In this document: positions 63,316 to 64,000 of the stretch, in pieces | How positions within the stretch are numbered: the stretch's first letter is position 1 | Layout: each line of letters starts with the position of its first letter | NCBI GenBank assembly: GCA_030390025.1 | Contig: CM059432.1 | Span: 134,542,001-134,606,000 of the forward strand | Direction: 5' to 3' | DNA: 64,000 nucleotides | Source of the DNA: Squalus acanthias | Taxonomy: Eukaryota | Translations under genes and position numbers: made by a program | Notes under the pieces: generated by a model | Databases searched by the model: none | What the model was told of the DNA's origin: nothing | The model's input: only the letters and a program-made list of their open reading frames with translations

Positions 63316-64000
63316 GGGCCGTATTTTCTGATCGGAGGCTTCCTGCGTGCGGAGGCCTCCGATCTGGAAAAATCTACGAACTTACCTGAGGGCTCCCGAG
63401 GCGCCTATACTTCCAATCCTGGGCCTCTCCAAACTCCAAGTGCGCAGGGCCCACGTATCCCAGAGGCGCAGGCAGTTCGCAGCGTCCCTGGGATCACGTG
63501 GGCCAGGCCAGCCAACAGAAGAAGGGAATCTCCCTGCATACACTTGACAGACAGACCTGTCAAATATATGAATGGAGATCACCGCAAAAACAAAGTAACA
63601 CTTTAAATACATTTTTTTTAAAAATCACCTTTTTAAAATTAGTTGAAATTACAATAAATTAAATATTTTAAACAAAAATGTAATTTTTTGAAAAAAATAA
63701 TTGAAGTTTTTTACAGGGCTAAAAATAAACTTACCTTTTTTTAAAAGTATTTTTAAATGATAAATGAGTGAAATTTTTAAAAAACTTTTTTTCAGCTCTT
63801 ATCCTGGTAAAAACATGCCTTACATCTGCTTTTACCAGGCGTAAGATTTCTAAGGGTTTTCAGCGGAGGTTCTGCAGAAAGCGGAACTATCCGCCCGCAG
63901 AGGCCCTTCTCCAGGGCAGGCGTCCGATCTGTCAAGAGCATTCTTGACAGATCGGAAATGCCGGTTTTCAGCACATGCGCTTCGCATGCCTGAAACCAGC
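63316..64000. mobile_element. Harbinger-type MITE, same family as 25241-25923 in opposite orientation, runs off the window
   Basis: Starts TAT|GGGCCGTATTTTCTGATCGG; colinear with the reverse complement of the 25-kb copy. Confidence 0.85.

Overview
Repeat-dense vertebrate genomic DNA. The repeat complement (SacSINE1-like Deu-domain SINEs, several CR1 and L2 LINE families, Penelope elements, Harbinger transposons) points to a shark or other cartilaginous fish; this is inference. No host protein-coding exon could be supported, and nearly all listed ORFs are transposon fragments or their antisense frames. Main contents: (1) a very young 5'-truncated CR1 with an intact 983-aa ORF2 and a duplicated 3' UTR module; (2) a degraded Vingi-like LINE; (3) a ~14-kb nest of three Harbinger elements holding two solo LTRs and Penelope insertions; (4) two Penelope families carrying six minimal hammerhead ribozyme motifs; (5) two long Penelope-associated inverted repeats, one of which appears to be a TSD-flanked inverted copy of a neighbouring CR1-Penelope junction; (6) Harbinger-type MITEs, minisatellites and an isolated 63-nt near-perfect hairpin. 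Boundaries of old repeats were read by eye and are approximate.
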